64,000 nucleotides of DNA. Origin: Raja brachyura. Taxonomy: Eukaryota. The stretch's first letter is position 1. The number at the start of each line of letters is the position of its first letter. A model generated the notes under the pieces. It had not been told where the DNA came from. It made no database searches and was given only the letters and a program-made list of their open reading frames with translations. This document shows positions 36,677 to 49,367 of this stretch, in pieces. The stretch covers positions 150,970,001-151,034,000 of the forward strand of contig OY740782.1 in the NCBI GenBank assembly GCA_963514005.1. Reading direction: 5' to 3'. Both the position numbers and the translations under genes were made by a program.

Positions 36677-37029
36677 CTGCAAGGCAAAGGACACATGAAT
36701 GTTAAACTCTCTCTCTTGCTCGTTTTGCAAAATATTCAGTGCGAGGAATCATTATACAGCAATTCGTTACGCAGTTTTCTATTTCATGCAACTTCACCTG
36801 AGTATCATAAACTATTAGTTAATCATTCTGTCTTGATCCCACCTTGGAAAACATTGGCGGAAAACTTCTTGGGGTGCCAATATCCGGCAGTTACTGTCAA
36901 ATGTACGCACAATTTCGAGTTGGAAATATATCGATAGGCCTCCAGTATTAATTACTGTAACATTCCCAGGGTTTCTCAGGAATGGTCAATGCTCAGTGGC
37001 TATAACTAACATTGGCGTATGGGTTACAA

Positions 37030-37505
37030 TCTCACCAAACTCCTTGTTGCGACTGGGGTTGATGGAGCAAGGGCGGAACTACGGGATACAGTGTAGACAC
37101 GTGTGAGAGCCTCATCTATGGTAAAAGTGGGGAATACACGCTCTCCAAAGAATGAGGACCTCGGATATCCTGGTATGGAACAACTCATCTTGGGAGCAGT
37201 TGCGCGGAGACGGATGAATTTGGGAGTAGGACATAGAGTCTTTGCAGGAGGCACGGTTGGAAGAGATGTAGTCCTGATAGCTGTGGGAGTCCGTGGATTT
37301 GTAACTTATGTCAGTCGGTAGTCTATCTCCTGCGATGGAGACGGTGAGATCAACAAAGGGGAGGTATGTGTCGGGGATGGACCCGGTGAATTTGATCGTA
37401 TGGTCAAAGTTTGTAGACAATGAGGTCAATGAGTTCTGCATGGGTACAGGACGAAGAGTTCGGGGATAGGGCCAGTCTGTGTCAGGGTTGTCCCATGTAC
37501 CCAAC
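37030..37505 (-). mobile_element. Penelope-like element RT remnant
   Basis: IKFT..LPFVDLTV...TDISYKSTDSHSY..Y.S..SCKDS..YSQ...RNCS, the pattern at the end of Penelope RT. Confidence 0.7.
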
Positions 37506-40500
37506 TAAATGGAAATTGGTGAAATGATGTGCAATGTTGGAAACAAAATTTTCTGTGCTATTTGAATTACAGAACAGGTATCCCACTAATCCATGAACAG
37601 AGTGGAAATTGAAATCAATGGTTCAAAGGAGGGTTTGACTGACGTTCACAATTACATTTGCATTTATTTATTAAAATTAAATTTATTTAATTAAAATTAA
37701 ATAATTTAGGTAGGTTTCGCTTGGGCCATTGAGAGTGCCCGTGGCTAAACTTTTGATTTGGAGGAAGAGGGAAGAGTTTTTGTTTTATAAATGGTTCAGA
37801 GATTATCCGATAAAATCACAGAAAATGGAAGGATAAAGGGTTTTCCATGTCGGGCTCCCGAACATAATTTGGGAGAAGACAAAATAAACAATCACAATCT
37901 TGTTAGTGAAATTTGCCCTTAAATGTGTCCATCGAACGAAACCAACTAAGGCGGTGGATGGGATTGAAATGGTAGCTCTGTTATTTAACCACAAATAACA
38001 CACTTAAAATGTCACTTTTTAACTGTATTTTGTTGCCCCATCACTCACGAAAATATACCGATCATTTGTATGCCGACAGTAATTGCAAGTAAATTCCGAA
38101 AAGCAAACCAGCCGACAAGAACATTACATTCATACCAGATTAAACCCATGTATGAGATTGCATTGGTAAGGATTACAAAGAACTGTCTCAATATAACATC
38201 GGAATTAATAAAGGTTATGTACCACAACTTCTGGAAACTAAATGTAACATTTAAATTGTAAGAATATGTTAATACTCCGTAATTAAATAAATTGGCACAG
38301 GTTTTAAATGTTTGTCTGTGTGCACCATTGCCTTAATGAATTCAATAATAATCAATTAAAATTAATGTTTATGCAATGACGCTCAGTTCAGTTTCCAGCA
38401 TCTTTAAAACGAGTTTACGTTTACAATGTCATCGGCACTGAAGAACGAATGATTAACATTGTATCACTGTCCGATAGGAAACGAATAAAAAAGATACCAA
38501 TTATAAATTACAACCTGCAATCTATAAAAAATATCCGAGTTTGCTTCGTGACTTTAACAGGAAAGGGCATTAATTCATATAGAGGAAGTCTACTTTTAAT
38601 GGTGAAAATGCACAATGTTGCTAAATCAATGTTTTAATTAAATAAATGCAAAATGTAAATTTGAACGTCACTCAAACCCTCCTTTAAGCCATCGAGTTCA
38701 ATTCCCACTCTGTTCAAGGATTAATAGGATACCCTGTTTTATAATTAAAATTAAGATAGCGGAGTCAGGGGATATGGGGAGAAGGGAGGAACAGGGTACT
38801 GATTGGGGATGATCAGCCATGATCACATTGGATGTCAGTGCTGGCTCGAAGGGCCGAATGGCCTCCTCCTGCACCTATTGTCCAAAATAGCAGAGAACAT
38901 TTTGTTTCCAACATTCCATTTCCTAATTTTTCATCATTTTTTACCGTAACTATTCGCAAAACTGACATTTGTCATTAGCAATTTACTAAATAGAGGAACA
39001 TTTTATGTTTAAATGACATTGGGAGCCAGAGACAAACACAAATTCAAATTCTCTTTCTAATAAATCCATGGATTAAAAGTTATTCCCAAACTACAGCTGT
39101 TCCGAAATCTCCCCATTTTACATTCAATGCATTTTCCAAATGGGTAAACTCGTGATCGTTGATATAAACAGAGCGATGGGGTCATTGGGCTTGGCAGCAT
39201 TTGTGGAAAGAGAAAACCAAGCATTTTCCAGCTCGACTGTCGTTGGGAGACTAAACCATGGCAAATCAGTTTCGATTAGAGATATAGCATAGAAATAGAT
39301 CCTTCTGCCAACCAAATCCAGGGCGACACACAAGTTCCACGTTATCGCACTATCGCATCCACCCCCGACCCACTAGGGTCAATCACCCGGGTCAATTAAC
39401 CTGCAAACCTGCACTCTTTTGGGTTGTGGGTGGAAAGCAGAGCACCAGTAAGAAACCACAGGGACAACGCACAGTTCTCACAGTCTGCTCCTGATTTCGG
39501 GAACGATGTCGGGTCTCTGGCGCTACCAGCCGTCATTCGGCTCCCCTCTATGGGATTTGTCTTTCGCCACAGGCTGCGTGACCCTCTAGGTGTTTGCAAC
39601 ATTTACTGTTCCTATTTATCATTTCTAGTAATTTATTCTTATTTTTATTTTTAAACATATATCTTCTTTGCGTTTATTGAAATAACATAATCCGACACTT
39701 CATACAACAGCAATACCCGGTCGCTGCCACTCGAATTGAACGTACAAACACGTAAAATTGTGCAACAATATCGTCTCCCGCAATGACCGGCTGAATCATA
39801 CCGCCGATGGGATGAATCGCATAACACACATTTGCTGAAACTCTTCACAAAAATCCAAATATCTTTGTCCAAAGACCACCAAAATTAATTGTCCCAATGA
39901 CCACCGCGCCAATCATTGTTGAAATAACGACGAATAACACAATACACATGGATTACATAGATAACATTCCAATATAATGTGAATTTCCTTCAGTTCCTCC
40001 GTCACCCTAGTTCCTCTGTCCCCTAGTACACCCGGTACATTGCTATTCTATAGATCGCGTTTCACGGACTTAGCTTTGCTGTATCATTGGTTCACATGGC
40101 CAACTCATTGTACTTCAATATAGATTAAAAAAAAAAGTTGCAATAACTCAGCGGGACAGGCAGAGTTACTCCAGCTTTTTGTGTCAATCGCCAGCATAAA
40201 TCAGCATCCACAGTTCCTTCCTATTCATTCTACTTCAAGATATATAACTGGGCAATTAACCCTGACGCTGAGCCTTGCATTTCTGTGTTTTGCTGCAAGA
40301 ACATTTTACTTCTTCCATGCAAGTTTTGTTAGCGATTGGATTAAAGGTGGCAAGGTGATTCCACCAATTAATACATACACTTTAAAAACTTGAAAATGTT
40401 ACACCCATGATTTATCCGTTTCTGTCCTTTGTTTCATATGCGCTGATAAGAAACAAACTGAGACAAAGTACCTGCTGTTGATCAGAAAATACAGTTAGAT

Positions 40501-40625
40501 GCATCACAGACCAAGGACCACAACAATCTCAAACAATTAGAAAGCACAGTGAAAGCAAATTGATGCACATTTTCCCACTAATTTGGAACTAAACCGCATC
40601 CGTTTCATAGTCCAAGGATCGAACG

Positions 40626-41090
40626 TCATAGCACATAGAAACATAGAAAATGGGTGCAGGAGTAGGCCATTCGGCCCTTCGAGCCTGCACCGCCGTTCAA
40701 TATGATCAAGGCTGATCATCCAACTCAGTATCCCGTACCTGCCTTCTCTCCATACCCCCGATCCCTTTCGCCACAAGGGCCACATCTAACTCCCTCTTAA
40801 ATATAGCCACCAAACTGACCTCAATTACCTTCTGTGGCAGAGAATTCCACAGATTCACCACTCTCTGTGTGAAAAATGATTTTCTCATCTCGGTCCTAAA
40901 AGATTTTCCCCTTATCCGTAAACTGTGACCCCTTGTTCTGGACTTCCCCAACATCGGGAACAATCTTCCTGCATCTAGCCTGTCCAACCCCTGAAGAATT
41001 TTGTAAGTTTCTATAAGATCCCCCCTCAATCTTCTAAATTCCAGCGAGTACAAGCCGAGTCTATCCAGTCTTTCTTCATATGCCATCCCA
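40626..41090 (-). mobile_element. CR1 3' end in the J-C intron
   Basis: ORF 40706..41086 and a (CATAGAAA)n tail. Confidence 0.9.
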
Positions 41091-41281
41091 AGTCATAAGG
41101 CAAGTTTAAATCGGGAATCTCACTGGAGCGGAATCACATAACATTCTCAATCACAACATCGATCCAACATTGCAATGAATGGGTAATTAATGTAGAAGAA
41201 CAATTTAATACAATTATTGGAAATAGCGAGTAAAATTACAACTGGATACATCTAGATACTGAATAGGATGAAGTTTCTTAC

Positions 41282-41326
41282 CGCTGGTTACCGTCACCAT
41301 GGTGCCTCCTCCCCAGTAGCCAGGAT
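41282..41326 (-). CDS. IGHJ: JH gene segment
   Basis: PGYWGGGTMVTVTS (WGXG motif), donor AGCG|GTAAGA. Confidence 0.95.
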
Positions 41327-41365
41327 CACGGTGTTACATTCTATGGGTCTTCTCACACAATAACA
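41327..41365 (+). promoter_or_regulatory. JH 23-RSS
   Basis: CACGGTG (41327-41333), 23 bp spacer, ACAATAACA (41357-41365). Confidence 0.9.
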
Positions 41366-41693
41366 TGATCTGCACCAGGCAGGCAAAAAAGAACAAAAAT
41401 CCTGTAAATTATTCGTATTTCACATCTAAGGCGAATGCCTTATTGCTCTTTGAAAACAATGAATGCGTTAAAAAAATCATTTCCAACAATAATCAGGTAA
41501 CACGGCGCCGTGTATTAAACAGGGCAGCGAAATGTGATAAGAATCATCTACATATAAAATATAAATTACCTCAAGTTACCTATACAATAAAATGTGCGAA
41601 AATATTCCTGGACATGTTTATGGTCCTGTTGTATGAAATATTGAATTGAAAATATCATATACAAGCCCAGATCACAGTATTGTGGGTTGTGGA

Positions 41694-41760
41694 TGTTTTT
41701 GTATTGGTAGGAACCGCTGTGCCATCCATATACACAGTGAAACATGTCATGTCAAATACT
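41694..41760 (-). other. IGHD: D2 segment (41722-41732, TATATGGATGG) with 12/12 RSS
   Basis: Plus strand: TGTTTTTGT-12-CGCTGTG | ccatccatata | CACAGTG-12-TCAAATACT. Confidence 0.92.
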
Positions 41761-42004
41761 TCGCTCTTCAAGAACTGATGCATGTACTGCTCACAGAGGA
41801 TATGTCTCCAGGGTACTCTTGGCTGTCACTTATAAAGCTATACGGTGTTCTTCTAAAGCTCATATAAAATAACGTGAATTGGTCGGAAGATAGTTGGACA
41901 TTTCTCAAAACAATCCATGTAACTTTGCTTTTGAATTTGAATTTGCTTCACTCGGCCTCTCCTACGGTGCTTGTGGGTTCGAACAAGAGAAAACTAGGTG
42001 TGGG

Positions 42005-42082
42005 GGTTTTTGTACGGGGAAGTCGCTGTATGCAGCACCGTGACCCACTGTCTACACAGTGAGACAGACCCGCACAAAAACC
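42005..42082 (-). other. IGHD: D1 segment (42043-42054, TAGACAGTGGGT) with 12 (V side) / 22 (J side) RSS
   Basis: Plus strand: GGTTTTTGT-22-CACCGTG | acccactgtcta | CACAGTG-12-ACAAAAACC. Confidence 0.95.
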
Positions 42083-42430
42083 TCCCATACAGTTCACACT
42101 CAGGTTTCATTTGAAATGGCCTTCGACACGATTTAAAATGATCCAGCAATTCACAGAGAACACAGTAAATGTACACAACACCAACAATCCCCCTTCACCT
42201 CACTTGCCTAATGGAATGAGCATATTTTCCTGGTCTATGATTTTGCACAACGCTATCGGTATGCGTGAAGCGAATACAAAACCTCACACGAATGCGCTGG
42301 TTACATTTTTGAATATCGTGTTGGATTTGTGAATGGTAGTTTGCGCTCCATTTCCCGACTGTTATTATAGCTGTTGAAATAATTGCTCACCTCTCGTCTT
42401 TGATGGTAAAAGCTGGACTTCCTAACGTGC

Positions 42431-42469
42431 CGTTCTTGTACAAGTCTGACACTGAATCCTCACACTGTG
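42431..42469 (-). promoter_or_regulatory. VH 23-RSS
   Basis: CACAGTG, 23 bp spacer, ACAAGAACG on the minus strand. Confidence 0.93.
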
Positions 42470-42775
42470 CCTCTCTCGCACAGTAATAGACAGCGGTGTC
42501 TTCGATCCTCAGGTTCCTGGCGATCACGGTGAACATATTGTTCGAATCGTCTGTGGACGGAGTAAATCGGCTCTCTATCCCCGGAGCGAAGTAGCTGGTG
42601 TAAGTAACACGGTAAGCAAGCAGCCACTCCAGCCCCTGCCCGGGGACCTGACGGATCAAATGCATACGGTAGCTGCTAAGAGTGAACCCGCTGGTTTTAC
42701 AGGTCAGTGTGATGGAGCCGCCAGGAACGGCGGTCCCTGTCTTGGGCTGAGTTAGAACGACATCGGAATGGACAC
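42470..42775 (-). CDS. IGHV: VH exon (IgM-type)
   Basis: Acceptor ttaacttgcag|GT. VHSDVVLTQPKTGTAVPGGSITLTCKTSGFTLSSYRMHLIRQVPGQGLEWLLAYRVTYTSYFAPGIESRFTPSTDDSNNMFTVIARNLRIEDTAVYYCARE; both Cys present, frame open. Confidence 0.97.
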
Positions 42776-42950
42776 CTGCAAGTTAAAAAAGGCATGAATG
42801 GTGAGAATAAATCATTGACCATGAATCCCCCGACTCTAATTATCAATAGGAAATAAATTGGGAGGGTTCTAGAGTGGGTAGAAGGGGAACGGTGTAGTGG
42901 ATACACCACTGAGAAACTTGCGTGAGGAATTTGTCCAACTCATTACTCAC

Positions 42951-42996
42951 GGACTATTAGTGCCAGGAACAGACTCAGTGAAACCGCCGACCTCAT
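42951..42996 (-). CDS. IGHV: VH leader exon
   Basis: 46 bp, ATG AGG TCG..., MRSAVSLSLFLALIV, donor C|GTGAGT, phase 1 matching the V exon. Confidence 0.93.
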
Positions 42997-43088
42997 CCCG
43001 CTGGGAAGTGTGACCCGGTTTGTTTCTGTACAGAACCTCGCAACAAACCAACTGCAAGGAAGTTGGACTTCGGACCATCTTAGAGAGG

Positions 43089-43130
43089 ATTAAATACCCG
43101 GCAAAAGAGGGTGCGGCTTTGGGCGGGACT
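43089..43130 (-). promoter_or_regulatory. Putative VH core promoter (TATTTAAT box and GC box)
   Basis: TATTTAAT on the minus strand about 95 bp upstream of the ATG; GGGCGGG at 43121. Confidence 0.5.
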
Positions 43131-43444
43131 TGTAAACCGAGAGGTGCAGCAGGCGGAGCTGAGACACGGCTCCCAACTCAACAGCAAGATGGACTCACGC
43201 TTTCACATCTATTAACTGATACAGATGCACAAGAGGTTAATAAAACAGCGTGCTTTTCCGCCCCTTACACAATATAAACTCATGGTATAGTTGTAAACAA
43301 GATGGTGGAAAGATAGTGCAGGTTTTTCTTAAAATATGTTCAGAATTCCTCAAATTTATATTAAAATGCGCCTGGGTGTGCGTGTGCTTGCGTGTGTGAG
43401 AGAGAGAGAGAGAGGAGAGGTGAGAAAAAATATTTGAACAAGAA

Positions 43445-43532
<88 letters not shown>
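43445..43532. repeat. (GACA)n microsatellite
   Basis: Direct. Confidence 0.97.
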
Positions 43533-43533
<1 letters not shown>

Positions 43534-43774
43534 TGCCTTCATTGTTAGGTAGACACAAAATGCTGGAGAAACTCAGCGGGACAGGCAGCATCTCTGGAGA
43601 CAAGGAATGTGTGACGTTTTGGGTCGAGACTCTTCTTCAGACCTCCAGAGATGCTGCCTGTCCCGCTGAGTTACTCCAGGATTTTGTGTCGAGCTTCCAT
43701 TGGAAGCAGCATCCGCAGTTCTTTCCTAAACATTCCAATATCAAGATACATTTATTTGTCACATGTTCCCCATT

Positions 43775-46700
43775 TTCCAATGTTCAATAGATTCAGGGGG
43801 AGTTCCTGTGGATTGGAGGATAGCTAATGTTATCCCACTTTTCAAGAAAGGAGCGAGAGAGAAAACGGGGAATTACAGACCAGTTAGCCTGACTTCGGTG
43901 GTGGGAAAGATGCTGGAGTCAATTATTAAAGAGGTAATAATGGGGCATTTGGATAGCAATAAAAGGATTAGTCCAAGTCAACATGGATTTATGAAAGGGA
44001 AATCATGCTTGACTAATCTTCTGGAATTTTTTGAGGATGTGAAAAGTAAAATGGATGAAGGGGTGCCAGTGGATATAGTGTATCTAGACTTTCAGAAAGC
44101 CTTTCCGCACGGGAGACTGGTGACTAAAATTAGAGCACATGGTATTAGGGGTAGGGTGTTGACATGAATAGAAAATTGGTTGGCAGACTGGAAGCAAAGA
44201 GTAGGAGTGAACGGGTCCTTTGCAGAATGGCAGGCAGTGGCGAGTGGAGTGCCGCAAGGCTCGGTGTTGGGGCCGCAACTGTTTACCACATATAGTAATG
44301 ATTTGGAAGAGGGAATTAGGAGCAACACTAGCAAGTTTGCGGATGACACAAAGCTGGATGGCAGTGTGAACTGTGAAGAGGATGTACGGAGGTTGCAGGG
44401 TGACGTGGACAGGTTGAGTGAGTGGGCAGATGCATGGCAGATGCAGTACAATATAGATAAATGTGAGGTTATCCACTTTGGCGGCAAAAACAAGGGGGCA
44501 GATTATTATCTCAATGGGGTTAGGTTAGGTAAGGGGGAGGTGCAGGGAGACCTGGGTGTCCTTGTACACCAGTCACTGAAAGTTGGCATGCAGGTACAGC
44601 AGGCAGTGAAGAAAGCTAATGGAATGTTGGCCTTCATTACAAGAGGATTTCAGTATAGGTGTAAAGAGGTTCTTCTGCAGTTGTATAGGGCTCTGGTGAG
44701 ACCACATCTGGAATATTGTGTACAGTTTTGGTCTCCTAATTTGAGGAAGGACATCCTTGTGATTGAGGCAGTGCAGCGTAGGTTCACGAGATTGATCCTT
44801 GGGATGGTGGGACTGTCATATGAGGAAAGATTGGAAAGACTAGGCTTGTATTCACTGGAGTTAGAAGGATGAGTGGAGATCTTATAGAAACATATAAAAT
44901 TATAAAAGGACTGGATAAGATAGATGCAGGAAAAATGTTCCCAATGTTGGGCGAGTCCAGAACCAGGGGCCACAGTCTTAGAATAAAGGAGGGGTCATTT
45001 AAGACTGACGTGAGAAAAAACCTTTTCACCCAGAGAGTTATGAATTTGTGGAATTCTCTGCCACAGAGGGCAGTTGAGGCCAAGTCACTGGATGGATTTA
45101 AGAGAGATTTAGATAGAGCTCGAGGGGCTAGTGGAATCAAGGAATATGGGGAGAAGGCAGGCACGGGTTATTGATAGAAACATAGAAATTAGGTGCAGGA
45201 GTAGGCCATTTGGCCCTTCGAGCCTGCATCGCCATTCAATATGATCATGGCTGATCATCCAACTCAATATCCCGTACCTGCCTTCTCTCCATACCCTCTG
45301 ATCCCCTTAGCCACAAGGGCCACATCTAACTCCCTCTTAAATATAGCCAATGAACTGGCCTCAACTACCCTCTGTGGCAGAGAGTTCCAGAGACCCACCA
45401 CTCTCTGTGTGAAAAAGGTCCTTCTCATCTCGGTCCTAAAAGATTTCCCCCTTATCCTTAAGCTGTGACCCCTTGTCCTGGTTCTCCCCAACATCGGGAA
45501 CAATCTTCCTGCATCTAGCCTGTCCAACCCCTTAAGAATTTTGTAAGTTTCTATAAGATCCCCTCTCAATCTCCTAAATTCTACAGAGTATAAACCGAGT
45601 CTATCCAGTCTTTCTTCATAAAACAGTTCTGACATCCCAGAAATCAGTCTGGTGAACCATCTCTGCACTCCCTCTATGGCAATAATGTCCTTCCTCAGAT
45701 TTGGCGACCCGAACTGTACGTAATACTCCAGGTGTGGTCTCACCAAGATCCTATGCAACTGAAGTAGAACCTCCCTGCTCCTATACTCAAATCCTTTTGC
45801 TATGAAAGCTAACATACCATTTGCTTTCTTCACTGCCTGCTGCACCTGCATGCCTGCTTTCAATGACTGGTGTACCATGACACCCAGGTCGCGCTGCATC
45901 TCCCCTTTTCCTAATCGGGTACCATTTAGATAATAGTCTGCTTTCCTATTTATGCCATCAAAGTGGATAACCTCACATTTATCCACATTATACTGCATCT
46001 GCCAAACATTTGCCCACTCACCCAGCCTATCCAAGTCACCTTGCAGTCTCCTAGCATCCTCCTCACAGCTAACACTGCCCCCCAGCTTAGTGTCATCCGC
46101 AAACTTGGAGATATTGCCTTCAATTCCCTCATCCAGATCATTAATGTATATTGTAAATAGCTGGGGACCCAGCACTGACCCTTGCGGTACCCCACTAGTC
46201 ACTGCCTGCCATTCTCAAAAGGAACCGTTTACTCCTACTCTTTGCTTCCTGTTTGCCAGCCAGTTCTCTATCCACATCAATACTGAACCCCCAATGCCGT
46301 ATGCTTTAAGTTTGTATACTGATCTCTTATGTGGGACCTTGTGGTGACTACTGGAGAGACAGTTGACGGCACGGAAAGGCTGGGTTAGCACCCCAGTCCG
46401 TGTCTTTCATGAGAAAGAGGCTGGGTTAGCAGCCCAGTCTGTGTCTTTCGTGAGAAAGACACCCAACAAATCTACGGAAAGGCCTAATGAACCATCGTGG
46501 CCTAAACATCCATCAGGCAAGAATGAAATGCTCGGAGAAGGAGAAAGAGGTGCAGCGCACAGGCCTTGAACCTGGTGAGACGCAGGAGGAGCCCGGCCGG
46601 GAGTCACCACACAGAGCCTAGTCCCTCCATGCACTAGAGTCTCCCAACCCCTGCAGAGTAGTTATTAAGATGGCTGTTCCATGGGCGGTTGCTGCTGGGA

Positions 46701-47890
46701 CGCAAGTCGGGGCCTGATCAACCCCGGCTGGGTCGCCTGGGCGAGGGTGTCTGTTGTGAGACCCGAAACACCCGATGTCCCCAGGTCACATCACTGAGGA
46801 CGCATCCCAGCGCATCTAGAAGATGTATATTTTTCACGCTACTAGTTACATCCTCGAAAAATTCCACAAGATTCGTCAGACATGATTTACCTTTCATAAA
46901 TCCATGCTGACTTTGTCCAATGATTTCACCACTTTCCAAATGTGCTGCTATCCCATCATTAATAACTGACTAGCAGTTTACCCACTACCGATGTTAGACT
47001 AACTGGTCTGTAATTCCCCGTTTTCTCTCTCCCTCCCTTCTTAAAAAGAGGGGTTACGTCTGCTAACTGCCAATCCTCAGGAGCTACTCCAGAATCTAAA
47101 GAGTTTTGAAAGATTATCACTAATGCATTCACTATTTCCGGAGCTACTTCCTTAAGTACTCTGGGATGCAGCCTATCTGGCCCTGGGGATTTATCGGCCT
47201 TTAATCCATTCAATTTACCCAACACTACTTCCCGTCTAACCTGGATTTCACTCAATTCCTCCTTTGACCCGCGATCCCCTGCTATTTCCGGCAGATTATT
47301 TATGTCTTCCTTAGTGAAGATGGAACCAAAGTAGTTATTCAATTGGTCCGCCATATCCTTGTTCCCCATGATCAACTCACCTGTTTCTGACTGCAAGGGA
47401 CCTACATTTGTTTTAACTAATCTCTTTCTCTTCACATATCTATAAAACCTTTTGCAGTCAGTTTTTATGTTCCCTGCCAGTTTTCTTTCATAATCTCTTT
47501 TTCCTTTCCTAATCAAGCCCTTTGTCCTCCTCTGCTGGTGTCTGAATTTCTCCCAGTCCTCTGGTATGCTGCTTTTTCTGGCTACTTTGTACGCATCGTC
47601 CTTTGCTTTGATACTATCCCTGATTTCCCTTGTTATCCACGGATGCACTACCTTCCCTGATTTATTCTTTTGCCAAACTGGGATGAACAATTTTTGTAGT
47701 TCATCCATGCAGTCTTTAAATGTCTTCCATTGCGTATCCACCGTCAACCCTTTTAGAATTGATTGCCAGTCAATCTTGGCCAATTCACGATAGGGGACGA
47801 TCAGCCAAGATCACAGTGAATGGCCGTGCTGGCTAGAAGGGCCAAATGGCCTCCTCCTGCACCTATTTTCTATGTTTCCATGTTTCTATG
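43775..47890. mobile_element. Nested CR1 LINEs: plus-strand copy (43775-45175, tail resumes about 47789-47890) interrupted by a minus-strand copy (about 45176-47788)
   Basis: RT motifs in ORFs 43763, 44180, 44869 (+) and 45264, 46959 (-). GATAG appears at both junctions. Confidence 0.9.
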
Positions 47891-49095
47891 TCCCAGTTGG
47901 TACAGTGAAATGTGTGGTCACCACACAGCCCTACAGATAAAATGTCAATACTGAGAGTTGTTACATAAAAGGCAGTAGAGGAAATAGATACAAAGCAAAC
48001 ACAAAATTCTATTAAAATGTCATTAAGAGATCGGAAGGAAATTAATGGATGGCATAGTGCAGGAGGGGAATTGTAGATCGGTGCAGTGATTGGAGAAATT
48101 ATCGGCATTAGGGATGATTCATGCGGTGTTGATTTTCAGATGCTGCTTCCAAAGAGCAAAGTTGAATGAAGGCACATTCTAACCAATCAATCAATGAGCA
48201 TATTTGTTGGATAGTGTTTCAATGATTCAGACTGCACTGGTTGGGCGGATGGTGTCGAAAAATCTAATAGAGATATCTGAAGAAGAATCCACTAGAGTTA
48301 TCTGAGGAGATAGATAAAAACAGTAGTTAACCGATTTGTGAGGAAAACACGAGGAGTGTCGAACATTTAAGGTGCATACGGGCAATTAAAGTTTCCCGCG
48401 TTCCAACATAGTATTCTTCTTTGACTTGAATTTTAATTCATCATTGTATTTTCTATGCATCTGTGAATTTGTCACGTGTGGCATTCATATGTATGCAGAG
48501 AATGTTATTGATCCCAGCCATTGTTGGTAAATAAAGGGATATGATACATGTTCTCAGTTAACCTAGCTTTGTAGAAAATATTATTGACTAACATCATCCA
48601 TATGCACTTCAACCTTATTTTTACAAGAGAACGTTGACAATTTAAAATAAATGTATCTGATGTAATCTGTTTGGAGATTTGCATTTCTTTCTCACTTTAT
48701 CTGTTTTCCCCCTCTGGAGAAACATTGATTCTGTTTCTGTCCTTCAGTGAACGAACCTGGGTCTGGGGCTGTTGAAATCAGCCTTTATTTAAATCAGCTC
48801 ATCTCTGTTTCCAGCCATTTTTAGAGCAACACAAACAAGGCAATGAAGATATAATTATCGACGGTGATTATATGTTTTAACGATATTGGCAGTTGGCGCG
48901 AATCAACGGAATTCTCCGAGGGAGTTTATTTTATCATATCTTGTTCAAATAAAATGATGTGGTTTTATATTACGGATTCACTTTGAATATTATTTTGTTG
49001 TCCACTTGAATCTCCACTTGAAGAAATGTCTAAACACGTGAGGTCAATGGAGGAATCGAGTTCTTTCCACACCTCCACTGTGGGCTTTTCATTAA

Positions 49096-49367
49096 CACAC
49101 ATACACTTACGCGCACACACACTCACACGCACGCACAAACTTACACATACACACACTCACAAACGCGCACACACACACACACAAAATTACACACACACAC
49201 TCACAAACTCGCACACACACACACGTACGCACGCATACACACTCACACACATAGCAGCACACACACACTCGCATTCACAAACACACACACTCAGCCACAC
49301 ACACGTACGCACGCACAAATACACGCACAAATACACACACACACTCACACACACAGCAGCACACATT
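49096..49367. repeat. Degenerate (CA)n tract
   Basis: Direct. Confidence 0.9.

Noticed and set aside
42046-42082. Extra heptamer-like CACTGTC inside D1 sharing the nonamer
   Set aside because: The spacer would be 21 bp, outside 12 or 23 plus/minus 1.
29582-42996. IgW or IgNAR identity
   Set aside because: Four C domains, a mu-type tailpiece ([19 protein letters not shown]), a DVVLTQP...TCKTSGF-type VH with full CDR2 and two D segments all fit IgM.
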